Positions 11,501-23,625 of a DNA stretch of 64,000 nt are shown here, piece by piece. The notes below the pieces were generated by a model that made no database searches, was not told the origin of the DNA, and was given only the letters and a program-made list of their open reading frames with translations. The stretch's first letter is position 1. The number at the start of each line of letters is the position of its first letter. The DNA is from Cenococcum geophilum (taxonomy: Eukaryota), in the NCBI GenBank assembly GCA_050273025.1, contig CP158635.1, positions 27,652,001-27,716,000 of the forward strand, in the 5' to 3' direction. Position numbers and translations under genes: made by a program.

Positions 11501-14500
11501 TATATTTAGTATCCAGGGTATAAGGTTAGGTATTTAACGGCAGCTACTAAACCTAGCTATTAGGTAGTTTGGGCTATAGCTATAATAGCCTTCTTAACGG
11601 CATCTATAGTAACGCCTTAGCCTTTAAAGTAGCTTACGCTCTCTATCTAGTAGCTTCTTTAGGAAGGCTAGTATAGAGAGGTTGATATTAGGACTAGTAG
11701 TATTACTTAGGGTAGTAAGCGTTAGTGGTTTAGTAGGTCTAGAGGGCTTTTATAGGGAGGTCTTTAGGTAGGGGTTTACAGTAGTAATCTAGTTTAGCCG
11801 TCGTTTAATCTTCTATAGGGCTGCTACTATATTATAAACGTTATTATAGTTATAGCTAGCGGCTGCGTAACTAAGGCAATAAGTAACTTTTTTAAGGAGA
11901 TCTTTCTAGTCTTTAGCGTCGCCTTAGGCGAGGACTCCGGTATATTCCTAGAATTTAATATAGAACTTATTAAATAATTTAGTAGGACTTATCTTTAGGG
12001 CGCGTAGTTTAGCTCGGCTAGTAGCTACTAGGTTATAGTTGCGGTATATTTAGTTAAGGTCGTTAAGGACTTCCTAGTAGGACTACTACTTCTAAGGACT
12101 GCTAGTCTCCTATTAAGCGAAAAGCCTATTAAACGGGATGCCCTTTATTCGTCCGATAATATAGCTAATCTTAGTATCTTCTATAGGGAAAAGGCAGGCG
12201 CTCTAGGTTAGTTTCTTGCGGGTTTATATTTTCTAGTAGCTATATTCCTTACGGTTACCCTTAAAGATTAGGGGATTAAGGTAGCGTGTATTAGACCCTA
12301 TAGTAGTAGTTTAGGTTTAATTATTATAGCTTTTATCGTCGCCGCTACTATAGTAGGGGTTCCCGTTAGGTAAAGCTGCTCAGTACTAACCTTCTATTAA
12401 GCGTTAAGTAGGTAAGGTTGCTAGGGGCGTAGAGACTTAAGTGGCGTTATATACAGTAGAGAGGTATCTAATATTATTATAAATATGCTCGTTAAGCTAA
12501 GATTATAGATATTTAATTATACCCTCTCTTTTGGTAACTGTAGCAATAAGTATAATCTCGGCCTTCTTTAATTATTAGACGTCGCGTTTAGACGCGTAAA
12601 GGTTATCTTTAATTTTTTAGCGTGTGTTATTAGTAAGCGCCTTATAAGCTTATAGGTCTTAAATAATATTATAATCTTAGGTAGTATATATCTTAGCTCA
12701 TATAAGCTTTAGATAGTAGTTCTATAGAAGGCGGTAGTATTTATTAGGTTTTTATACTACCATTTTTATAAATATCTCAGCGTCTCGTATCTTAATCTTA
12801 ATAGATAGTAGCCCTTCGGCTTATTTATCCGTGGTTATATAGTTAATAAAGAATAAGATATTATTAATGTCCCCCTTATAGTCGTTATAGTCTTTTAAGC
12901 TACTAGGCTTCCTTTTAGGGGTTAAGGCTAGGGCTAATAAATTAAATCCTCCTAGAACTAATTAGTGTTATAGTTTCGATATAGGTATTAGGTTATTCTT
13001 TAAGTTTAATATAGTAACTAGTAAGGAATTTCGTCTTATTATTATTAATTCTTTAGGAGTATAAAGTAAGGTAACTTATAGACACACTACTTTTAGTAGT
13101 GTCTACGGTATTATAAAGACGTAGAATTGGTCGTAGGCTAAGCGTTAGTAAAGAAAAAGGCGCAACGTAATATTATAGAGCGCGGGCAATGGCTACAAAG
13201 CGTATGTATTTGGGGAGTCTACAAGACGTTGCGCGATCGATCGTAAGGGTCGAGGGCGTAAGGAGGTGATATACCCTCGCGTAGCTGACATAAGCTGTAC
13301 GCGAGGTGTATGCAAGAGCACGGGGTTCTCCTATGGAGGCCCCTACGGTCGGGTTCCGTAACAGATTTTTATCTTTTAGTGCTCTATGTATATTATACGC
13401 ATTATTTATATATACTATCTATAATAGTATATAATGTGCTTAGTGTCTTAGGTTAACTCTTAGTTTATCTTCGTTTCTAAGTTTAAACCTTTTTTATGTT
13501 AATCTAAGCGTTATAACTTTATTTACAGGTACTAAGATTTATCTTTTACTTCTCTAGTCCTCTAATTGCTCCTCTAAATCCTTTAATATTATAATTAAGG
13601 CTCCCTTAATGTGAGTTATAGCCTTCTCTATAATTAGGTGGTTTTGGATAACCTTTTTATCCAGCCATATATAGAAATCTTCCCACTTATTATTATGTCG
13701 TTATCTATACCACTTTTAGTATAGTTATTTAAGTATACACGGCTTATCCGTAAGAAAGTATCTCTTTATTACTATATCGTAACAGCCTTTAGTGTGTTAT
13801 TCCTCAAACCTAGTAGGAATCCCTAAATCCTCTTCTTATTCCAGTTTAGTAAGCCACTTAGCTCTTAGTGTGCCTACTCTAAGCCTATTAGTAACTCTTC
13901 GTACTAGCGCTCTGTCCCTTATACGTCCTAATATACTAGATCTCTTATTTAGTTTCTATTCTTACTATAAGGTAATTCTTACTCTAAATTCCTCTATAGT
14001 TTCTTTTCTTTTACGTCTTATAAGTGGATTCTTAAAGTCTTCTTACTTCTTAATCTTAGTATTAACTTTTTAATCTTTAGGCCAAACACTATATTCCCCT
14101 AGTAAGTCCTCTAGGTCTATATATCTGTCTATATAAATAGAGGTTATAAATTGTATTATGCGTAGAGCGTATGCGGCAGGGGCTATATACGTAGCGTAGG
14201 TCACCTAACCACCTATAGCCCAATAGATAGCCCGACCTTTACTACCCCTTTCTTTCTCTTTTAGTAGACGAAGAAAGACACAAATGAATTAAAAAATAGT
14301 TACCTTATATTGCAATTACAGTACCCCCCCGGGTGATACTGATACTAATTAGTAATATCACAGATTAGAATCCGGTGTTATTATAAAAAGAGACAATACG
14401 CGATCGCTCCTACTAAGGCCCGTCAATCGTGTTGCGTTTACTAAGGAGAACCCTTTTTACTAAGGCCCTGGGAACTTAAAGAACCAACTCCTACTAAGGC

Positions 14501-14889
14501 TTCGTTCGGTTCGCGTCTATTACGCAAATTAACTACTTAATAAGAAGAACCCTTCCTACTAAGGCCCTAGGAACTTAAGAACCGACTCCTACTAAGGCTT
14601 TATTTAGTTTGCGTCTACTACGTAAATTAATACCCAGTATAACCTCTTTACTAAGCGCTAGTACACCTAGTAGCGTCAGCAGCACCCCTACCTACACCCC
14701 TACCTACACCACGACCTACACTATAATCTACGCTAGTTAATTATATCTAATATAGGAATTTAACGTCCGGACTAGGGTAACGAGATTACCCTAACCAATA
14801 AGACTACCGCAAAAGACATTACTAACTACGTCAGGAAAACGGGAAGTGGCGCAGGAAATTTGGTTTCGCTAAAAGTGTTTTTAGGGCCC

Positions 14890-15040
14890 GGGGCTAGCTT
14901 TCCGCCATATTAGCTAACCCCCCCTAGCCCGGGGCCAGCTTTTAGCTATATTAGCTAACCCCCCCTAGCCTAAGGCTAGCTTTTAGCTATATTAGCTAAC
15001 CCCCCCTAGCCTAGGGCTAGCTTTTAGCCATATTAGCTAA
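14890..15040. repeat. ~41-bp tandem repeat, ~3.5 copies
   Basis: Unit approximately GGGCTAGCTTTTAGCTATATTAGCTAACCCCCCCTAGCCT. Confidence 0.8.
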
Positions 15041-15354
15041 GCCTTAGAGCTATACGCTAGCACTATACTAGCTTATAGCTATAAAATAAATATTTTTACT
15101 ATTATTATATTTATTGCTATTAGGGTATTAAAATCCTAAAGGCCTCCGGGTAGGCTCCTAGTAGGCTTCCTAGTAGGCTCCTAGCAGGACTTTAATTTTC
15201 CTTATTATCTAAATTATCCAAAGTACTATTGGGTCCCCGCTATATTCCTAACAGCCTCTATACGTGCCTTTATATACCCCTTATATACCTAAATGCCACC
15301 TTTACCCTTCCTTCCTTCCTTATATCCTCCCTACTTAGGGAGGCACCAGAACGG

Positions 15355-15485
15355 TAGCTAGAGGACTATAACCAGAACTAGAGGACTGTGACCAGAACTA
15401 GACGACCGTCGCCAAAACCAGACGACCGTCGCCAGAACTAGACGACCATCGCCAGAACTAGACGACCGCCGCTAAAGCTAGACGA
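15355..15485. repeat. 20-bp tandem repeat, ~6 copies
   Basis: Unit approximately GCCAGAACTAGACGACCGTC, head-to-tail with no spacers. Confidence 0.85.
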
Positions 15486-15814
15486 TAATCGTTTAAACGA
15501 CCAGCCAGCAAATACTATGATTAATTTAATTAATCGATCGAATTGAACTAGAGCCTTAATATCATCCTATTACCAAATCAAATCAAATTAAGGCCTCTTA
15601 GGGAGGCACCCTAGATAACTACCGTTTAAACGTACAGCCAGCAAACGCCTAGAGAGAACGATTCGAATTAATATAATTAATCGCAATCAAATCAAGCAGA
15701 GCCTTTAATTGGGCCGATCTCTCCCCTAAATTACAAATACAGACAGGTAGGCATAGATAAGTAGGCACGACCGGCAGGCATAGATAGGTAGGCACGAATA
15801 AGTAGGACGGTCAG

Positions 15815-15928
15815 ATGGTAGAATAGGTAGGATAGGTAGGATAGGTAGGATAGGTAGGATAGGTAGGACAGGTAGGATAGGTAGGACAGGTAGGATAGGT
15901 AGGATAGGCAGGATAGGTAGAATAGGCA
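15815..15928. repeat. 9-bp tandem repeat (GGATAGGTA)n
   Basis: About 12 copies; source of the spurious PIL-repeat ORF 15726-15929. Confidence 0.9.
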
Positions 15929-16330
15929 CTAGGCCTAGTTAGGAAATCAGTATATAGCCAGCGGATCATTAGAAACGCCGCCAATTAACGATTTAGAGAC
16001 TCTGCGAGAGATATCCCTTATAGCTACTATTAATTTTAAATTTTAAATTTTTAAATTTTAAATTTTGAATTTTATTATAATTATACATATTATAGCTATA
16101 GGAAATATTATATAAAATATATAAAATATATAAAATATATAAAACGTACAAAACGTATAAAATGTGCTAATGTTGCTAATATGGCCCTGGGCTAGCCCTG
16201 GGCTAGCGTAAATAAGTGTATATAAGCAGATTAGCGAATCCAGCTGAAATGACCCTAGGCCAGCCCCAGGCTAGCCCCTAGCTAGCCCCTACCACCCTCC
16301 CGTTTTCCTGACGTATATTAACTTTAAAAT

Positions 16331-19300
16331 TAATAATAATTCATTGCTTAACGTCCGATTCGGATCCCTATTAGGCCCACACGGACTACTCCTTATTTAT
16401 ATATAGGGAGAAAACTCAACTTAAGAAAGACTTAACTTGAGAAAACCCTGTGATCTATCTTCTTGCCTCTTAGGACTCGCCTATAAGGCGCCTACGAGGC
16501 GCCTATAAGTTACCTATAGTGCTCCTACTACCTTACTTTTTAACCTCCTTAGGAACCACTGCTGCCGTAACTAGCCTATAGACGCGCTAGTATTATATAC
16601 TTTACTCTACTACTATAGAGTTATTAGGGGGCGCCCGTTGCTCGCCCCCCCGCCCTTTATTATTATTTCCTTTATAACCTAAAACTGGTTTAGTATATTT
16701 TAGCTAATAAGCTACTAGGTAACCGCCTTAAGGCCTTTTTATATTAAGAGCAGTGTCTTATAGTTCTCTATACTAGCTACTAAGAGTATTACTTCTTAGT
16801 TAGTGCGTAAGGGGCATAACAGTATTATATGTTTTGGTGTCTGTCTTAGCCAGCCATATTTACATCTTAGGCTACCTACTAGGATACCTACTTAGTAGAG
16901 CCAGTCTTTTAGTCCTATTATTCCTATTCTTAAGAGCGTTGCTATTATATTTTCTGCCTTTATTAGGCCTTTTTAGAGCCCTAGGGTGTCTACCCCCTAT
17001 AGCGTTAACTATGCTACGGCTTAGGTTCCTTTTGCCTTAGTTAGCCTCTATACCTTTAACTCCTATATACCTCTCTAGTGTTAGTCTAGCCAGTATTGCA
17101 TTACGGTAAATAGTTTCCCGGCATTCTTTTATGCTCTACTTTAGCTCCTTTTTCTCTCTTACTATTATCCTTACTGGCCTCTTACGCGTCTCCCTTTTTC
17201 CTCTATGTGGGCCTAGGCCCTAAAGCAGCACTATTTTTCTTCTGCTTTCTTTACCTGTTTCTCTAATATATCTTCCCTACTTTAGGGTTATTAGTTTATT
17301 CTCCTATAAGGCGCCCTAGGGTCCCTTTATAGTTTATTTAGGCGTGTCTTAATATACTTTATAATATTAGAGTTATATTCCTTTTACGCCCTTTATATTG
17401 CAGCGGCTTTAATATATAGTTATAGGGGGGGAATATTAGCTTCCTTCTTAAGCAGAGCTATAGCCGTTTACTTATATCCGCCTATTATACTCTAGAGGCA
17501 GGCTGTTTAGACCTTTTAGAGTAGTTTAAGGAGCGATTTAGGGGGGCCTTTCTTAGATTCTCTAATGGCCCAAATACTAGACCTATACGTCATGGTTGGC
17601 CGGACAACTGCTATATATAGTAGGCGTAACCTCTAGAAGTATAGACCCTATATAGAATTAACAATCCTAAATAATGCGATATACTATGCTTAGCCCTTAT
17701 GGGCTACTTACGCCGCATATACGCTCTACCGGAGCTTACTATCTACCTATACTCCTAATACTCTTAGGCCCTAAACTGGTTAACCCCTAAAGCCTTAGAT
17801 ATAAATTATATGCTAAAGATCTACAGATTAGTTGCGTTTTCTTATAAAATAGATTAGCTGGTATTTCTCTAGTAAGAATTAAACTCTATATCGTCTTGCC
17901 TATTCTATATAGGTATTATATACTTTCTCTAGTATTCTATAATTCTCTATAGCTATTGGCCCGTATATAATTAGGTTTGTATTATTAATAAAGCCTATCC
18001 CCTAAGTTGCCCCTTTTTTAAAGGAGTTAAGCAGGTTGCTTATAAAGAAAAGAAAGAGTATAGGCAAGAGGGGTAATCTTTATGGTATTCCTATTATAAC
18101 TATAATAGGGGGGCTTTGGTATCCGCTAAAGACTAGTAATATTTCTTTTTAACCTGTAAACCCTTAAATAAATTATATAATCTATTCTGGGAAGCCTTTT
18201 GCCCTAAGGATGTATAGGAGACACTTATGGGGTATATTATTATAGGCGCCACTAATATCTAGGCTAAGCATTAATACTATAAAGTCCCTTCGCATCGCCC
18301 ATGTAGATTTAATAGTAGTAGCGAGTAGCGTAAGTACTAATAGTGTTAAGCGGTTCTTTCTTGCCCCTATTTAGCTTTATAGTAGTAGAGCGTATTCCTT
18401 AGCCGTGTCTACTATATGGTCCGCTATTACCCTTTCTAAGATCTTACTAAGGGTATTCTCTAAGGCAATAGGGCGGTAGCTTCCTAAGAGTAAGTAGTCT
18501 ACTTTACCTTCTTTGCGTAGGATAAACGTTATTATAGCTCTTCTAAGTCTTGGATAGTAGCCTATTATAAAGTATACTCTAGCTATATCCGTAAGCTAAG
18601 GTGCTATTAATAGTCCGTAGGTCTTTAGGGCTTTATTTAGGATCCTATCTAGTCCTAGTACTATATTATTTAAAAGGCGGCTAATAGTTCTAGCTATTTC
18701 TTTAGTTGTTATATCACTGTTAACTCTTAGGCGAGTTACTAGTGCTTCGCCTGTAATATTACTAAGGTCTACTAAAGCTAGTTAAGGGGAAAATCTTTCT
18801 ATAAGGATCTTTGCCTTCTTATTATTGTTACTTATAGCCAGTAATTCACCTAGTCTTCGCAGAGGCGGAAGGTATAGGTCTTCTACTAGACATCCCACCT
18901 TTTTCTTTACCTATTTTGCTATCTTTTAAAGACCTTTATTATAGAGGAGGCTTAGGTTAGTAGTATGCTTATTTATAAACTATCTCCAGCTATTTCTTAC
19001 TTCTTTTTTTAGGGTATTCTTTAGCTAGTTTCTTATGTCTTTATATTATCTCTTATCTTTAGAATTATAGCTGCTTATATATTTTCTTCTTGCTTGTTAT
19101 TAGCTGGCGATAAAAATTGCGTATTGTGCGGACTATACGTGTTGCGTATAGGGGCCCAGTTTTAAGACCGGGCAGTGCTCTTTTAGCCCGTTTTTAATTA
19201 CTGCCTAAATCCTTTCTAGTCTTTAGTTAATTTCCTTAGGGGTAGCTAATAAGCCTCGCTTGTTTGGTATTGGGTGGATTTCTTCTAGGTCTTAAAGTTA

Positions 19301-21819
19301 TTATTTAACTATATTAAGGAAGCTGTTTATCTTAAGCTTTCTTATTATATATCTTTTACTATTTAGTTGCGCCTTAATATCTAGATCTAGCTATATTTAG
19401 ATAGGGATATAGTTTAAGGCGAGTACCTATTCTTCTTTAGGTTTGTACCTTTTAAGTCTCTAGTATAGGCCTTTATCTATAAATATAAGGTTAATTATAC
19501 TTTTAGCGGTACCTTATTACTATGTAATTACTCCTAGGGGGGTAGCTAGCTTAAGGCCCCTAGTGTCTATAGCTCTTAGTAGGCACTTTACCTATTATTT
19601 AGTAGTAATATAGATACCCCCCCACTATAGGTGGTAGAGGTTTATATCTCCTAATAGAATAGACTTTATACCTTTAGTTTTTAGTAAGCTTATTACTAAT
19701 ATAATGTTCTCTATTTATAGGACCCCTTTAACCCTAAGGTTATATATATTAATAATCTATACTGGTCCCCTATATATCTGGATTATTATTACTATAATAT
19801 CTAGGTTAACTGCCTATTATAACTATAAGGACAGGCTAATAGCCTTACTGATTATAAAGCATACGCGTATAGCTGCTTTTGGTTTGTATAGGAGCTAAAA
19901 TCCTTAGGGGTAGTATGTTAATTATATATAGGCATTATAATACGGCTCTTATATAGTAAGGATATAGTATTTCTTTAGGTCTAGGCTGTTTAGTAAGGGC
20001 CTTGCGAGACAGTGGTTTATATTGCCGTAGTTATACTATATAATAGATAGGTAGCGGACCCCTAGTAAGGGTTCTTCGCCTCTCCTTTATTCCTTACTTC
20101 TTCTATTTCTACTTTCTTTAGGACATTTAGAACTTCTGTTTCTTATATTTACACCCTAGTTACTACTTATTTTATATAGAGCTTTCCATTCCCGTATTTT
20201 ATATTCCTACTAGCGCTTTTATATCTAAATCTATTATTATCTCCAGTTCTTCCCCTATTCTTACTAGTTGGCTATATACCCTTTAAGAGTCGGCTACGAA
20301 TGTTATATTTACCGCGTTAAGTCTAATTCTTAATTATCCTAGTCTTAAGCTTACTATAGCTGTCTATAAGGGTCTTCCTATAGGGCGTCCTCTTCCTTAT
20401 GTTCCCTATAACCCTTATGTCCCTATATAGTCTAGTAATATTACGCGGCGTCGCTTCTAGCCCGTTAAGGCTTAGGATAGCTAGCCTAGCCCCCTAATAT
20501 TAAAGGTAGGAAACGCTGGAAAGGTACTTACGCCCCTCTAGCTTATTGCCTGTTGTTTCTATTCGTATAACCTAGCGTGTAGTTATTCCCGTAGCTATTA
20601 AGCCCTTACCTTCTATCTCCTGTATTTAATGCAGTCTTCTCTCTCCTACGCCTTGTGTATACTTTAGTGGCAGTTTATATATTTTGTTTAGTCTTAATTT
20701 AAGTAATATCTTATATCGTGGGGGCCTATATAGTAGCCGCAGCACACCTGTACTGCGTATATGGATTAGGTATATCTCTATTATATACAGCAATAGTATT
20801 ATTCTAGGCGGAGTCTGTAGTTATAGAGCCTTATGTTATATATAAGGCCATTTATAATAATACCTTTTTAGATAAGGAGTTTTTATATTCCTAGTATATG
20901 TGTGCTAATGATAAGGGAGCTATACGTTTAACCAGCGCCTCCCTAGTAAGTCTTTAGCAACCCTTATATTCTTTTATTGTTTTTATTATATACTTAGTTT
21001 ATATTTTCCTATTATAGCTATTAGATTTAGGTAATCTTAAGTCCTAGTATAAGGCGTTTCGTTTGTTTTACTATTTTATATATAGTTACTATATTATCCG
21101 CCTAGCGCCCCTTTTCTACCCTAAGGCTTAGGGGAACTGCTAAGACTTTAACTAGGTAATCTTCGCGGAGCACTTTTATACCAATACGTTCTTCTAGCCT
21201 ATCCCCTACCCTTACGGCTTATTCCTTTACCTATTGGTCCCTTAAGGTAACTCTAATATCTCCGCTCTTAAGGTGTTGGACTATAACAGCGTTATAGATC
21301 TCTTTATAAATCTCTATAAGGACTTCTGTTTCTAATTATCCCTTAAGCCCCTCTACTTTTTTTATATTTAGTTATATTATAATTATATACCCGGATATTA
21401 TCTTTAGGGGGGTAGGTTCCTTATATTATAGAAGCGCAGCTACGGCGGCCTAGGTACGGTTTACCGGTAAGAAAGGGTTTTATTTATTTTTAATTTTATT
21501 TAGCCGTTAGAGGATTTAATTAAGGGTTTACTAGAGGGGCGCCTAAGGTTCGCTAAACTAGCGGAGCCATTCTGCTAGCTATATTAGTTCGTTATAGCTA
21601 ATAGTTGCTCCCCTATAACTATGGATACTAGACGCGTCCAATAGGCTTTATATTTTATTAGATGCCTTCTTAATAGAGGTCTTTCCGCTTTGTAGTATAG
21701 TATTCGCCCGTTCTTGTTATAGAGGGCCATTGCTAGGCGTGGTTCTGGTGGACGCGCGTGAGTGCAAACCACCGTCGTTTGACGTATACCTCCCCTGCGA
21801 TACATGCATCTCAGGGGGA
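16331..21819 (-). mobile_element. Tad1-like LINE copy 1 (ORF1 plus endonuclease-RT ORF2), RIP-inactivated, nested in Copia C
   Basis: 3' (TAA)n tail at 16331; TSD TAACTTTAAAAT (16319-16330, 21820-21831). RT motif GFinnTNL (from GFVDDTNL) ~17970-17995; endonuclease ~19.3-20.05 kb; ORF1 ~20.1-21.7 kb. Colinear with copy 2 but ~80 bp shorter at the 5' end. Confidence 0.9.
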
Positions 21820-23531
21820 TAACTTTAAAATTAATAAGTATACTAAGCGCAACTTTAAGGATAAAAGCTTATAGGAATTATACTAAGAGGACTTTAACAA
21901 TTTCGAGGTATAGACATTTAAGGACGCTTATAGGTCCGCAATTAAGGAACTTAAACAACTACTCCAACGTAATAGAGTATGGGTCTTTAATAAAAAGAGT
22001 AAGTTAGTACTACAAGTACTATACAATATTACCCACGAGGACGACCCTACGGAATGGTTAGATAAAGAAATTAAGCTATACATTAACAATAAAGGACCCT
22101 TTAATTTATACGTTATCAACCGCCGTCTTAAATTACGTTTATTAACCCCCTTAACGTCACCTACCCCAACCCCAGCTGTTTTAAATGACCTCCCTATGAC
22201 CAAGCCTCCCTTACCTACGAACGTCACAGCTCCTTCTATAAAAGTTACAGCCGCTATTAACTATGGTAGAGACTTAGTAACCCTAGTAAAGATATATACA
22301 GAGAAAAGCAAATATAGTAAAGAGGATAACAACTTTGACCGCAAGCTTACGATTTTTAACGACCTTTATAACAAAGTTAGTATACTATAAGAGGTAAAGA
22401 CTAAAGGCTTTCTAATAATGCTATGTGGTATTACTTTTAACTTCTATTATAAGAATAAGGCAACCTATACCACCTTTAACAGCATCTGCAATGCCGTATA
22501 TAACTATTTTAAAGGACTGGAATATAAGCGTGGAATGCTATTACTCTTAAGACAGTAATAATAAAAAATGAAAGCAAGTCTACAGGGGACTATCTATAGC
22601 TACTACTTAACGACCTCCGTTATTTATAGCATGGTCTTGACGCTAACCTCTATAATAACAATTTCCTATATAACAAGCTTATTATCGCTTGTTAAGACGT
22701 CGCTACTTACTAGGTAGCTTACTTAAACCCACCTACTATACTTACTAGCCTTATAAATAGCCTATAATTATTAATTATTACTTATAAGAAGATTAATAGT
22801 ACTATAGGATAACCTGCTAATATATTCTTATAGCCTATAGAACAGCCTATGGACGTATTTTTTACTAACCATCGCTACTACCGGCCGACGCCTCGACTAA
22901 GCTTATTAAATAATTATTACGGCAATAACGCTAGGACGTGCTTTATATGTAAGAAAGGAGACTATTAGTTAACTAGGTATACTAAAGAAGAACGTAATAA
23001 AGTAAGAGAAGGTTTTAAGAGACGTGTCCACTAGTACCTTACGGATAACAATATTAATAACAACTTCGACAAGGATATAGTTCTAACTACTACTAGCGGC
23101 AATTTCTTCTATAACAACTTTGGTGTTAAGCACTTTATGACTTTAAATAGGCTAATACTAATTAAAACCGCTAAGAATATAGTTACGTCTATAAACAACA
23201 ATGCCTTTATCTACGGCCTTACTAGTAGTATGGAACCTGGTGGTACGGAACCTAGTATAGCAAGACGCAATAATAAGGGTAAAAACGCCACCTACTTCTG
23301 CAACGACGATAACGACGTTAATATAGAGAACCTTACTGTTGACATTGACTTCCTTAACTGTTATTTTAACGACGATGAATAGGACTCAGCCCTTCCATAT
23401 ATTTTACCCTATAGTCTATAACAGCTCTACAACTCTTATACCTTCTAAAGCCGCCACACCTTTAGTTCTAACTTTAACTACGCTCTGTTATGGGATACCT
23501 CAGTAACACCTTATATACGCCTACCTATCTC

Positions 23532-23625
23532 TACCGCAATATCCATAGCGATATCCGCAATATCCGTAACGATATCCGCAACGTCTGTAATATCCATAAT
23601 ATTCGCAATACCCAAAACATTCGCG
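23532..23625. repeat. Degenerate 9-bp repeat (ATATCCGCA)n in the 3' region of Copia C
   Basis: Repeated ATATCCGCA/ATATCCGTA/ATATTCGCA units. Confidence 0.65.

Larger units (their letters stand above)
6679..13363 (-). mobile_element. Ty3/Gypsy chromovirus LTR retrotransposon B, nested in Gypsy A, RIP-inactivated
   Basis: 193-bp LTRs 6679-6871 and 13171-13363; TSD GATTT (6674-6678, 13364-13368); PPT as reverse complement CTACCCCCCCCTCC after 6871. Minus-strand gag ~11.5-13.0 kb, protease ~11.0-11.3 kb, RT (SAYLDnILIY ~10030-10060), RNaseH, integrase, chromodomain ~7270-7450. Confidence 0.93.
14829..16313. mobile_element. Non-autonomous TA-flanked TIR element (Tc1/mariner-pogo type) filled with minisatellites
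   Basis: TA-CGTCAGGAAAACGGGA at 14827 and TCCCGTTTTCCTGACG-TA ending at 16315; no transposase relic; internal tandem arrays. Confidence 0.8.

Noticed and set aside
14905..15010. CTAACCCC motifs as interstitial telomere repeats
   Set aside because: They are single motifs within a ~41-bp unit, not tandem TTAGGG/CCCTAA.
15355..15485. 20-bp repeats as a CRISPR-like array
   Set aside because: Head-to-tail with no unique spacers, eukaryotic context and no cas genes; an ordinary minisatellite.
15726..15929. ORF encoding (PIL)n
   Set aside because: Translation of the 9-bp satellite inside a non-coding TIR element.
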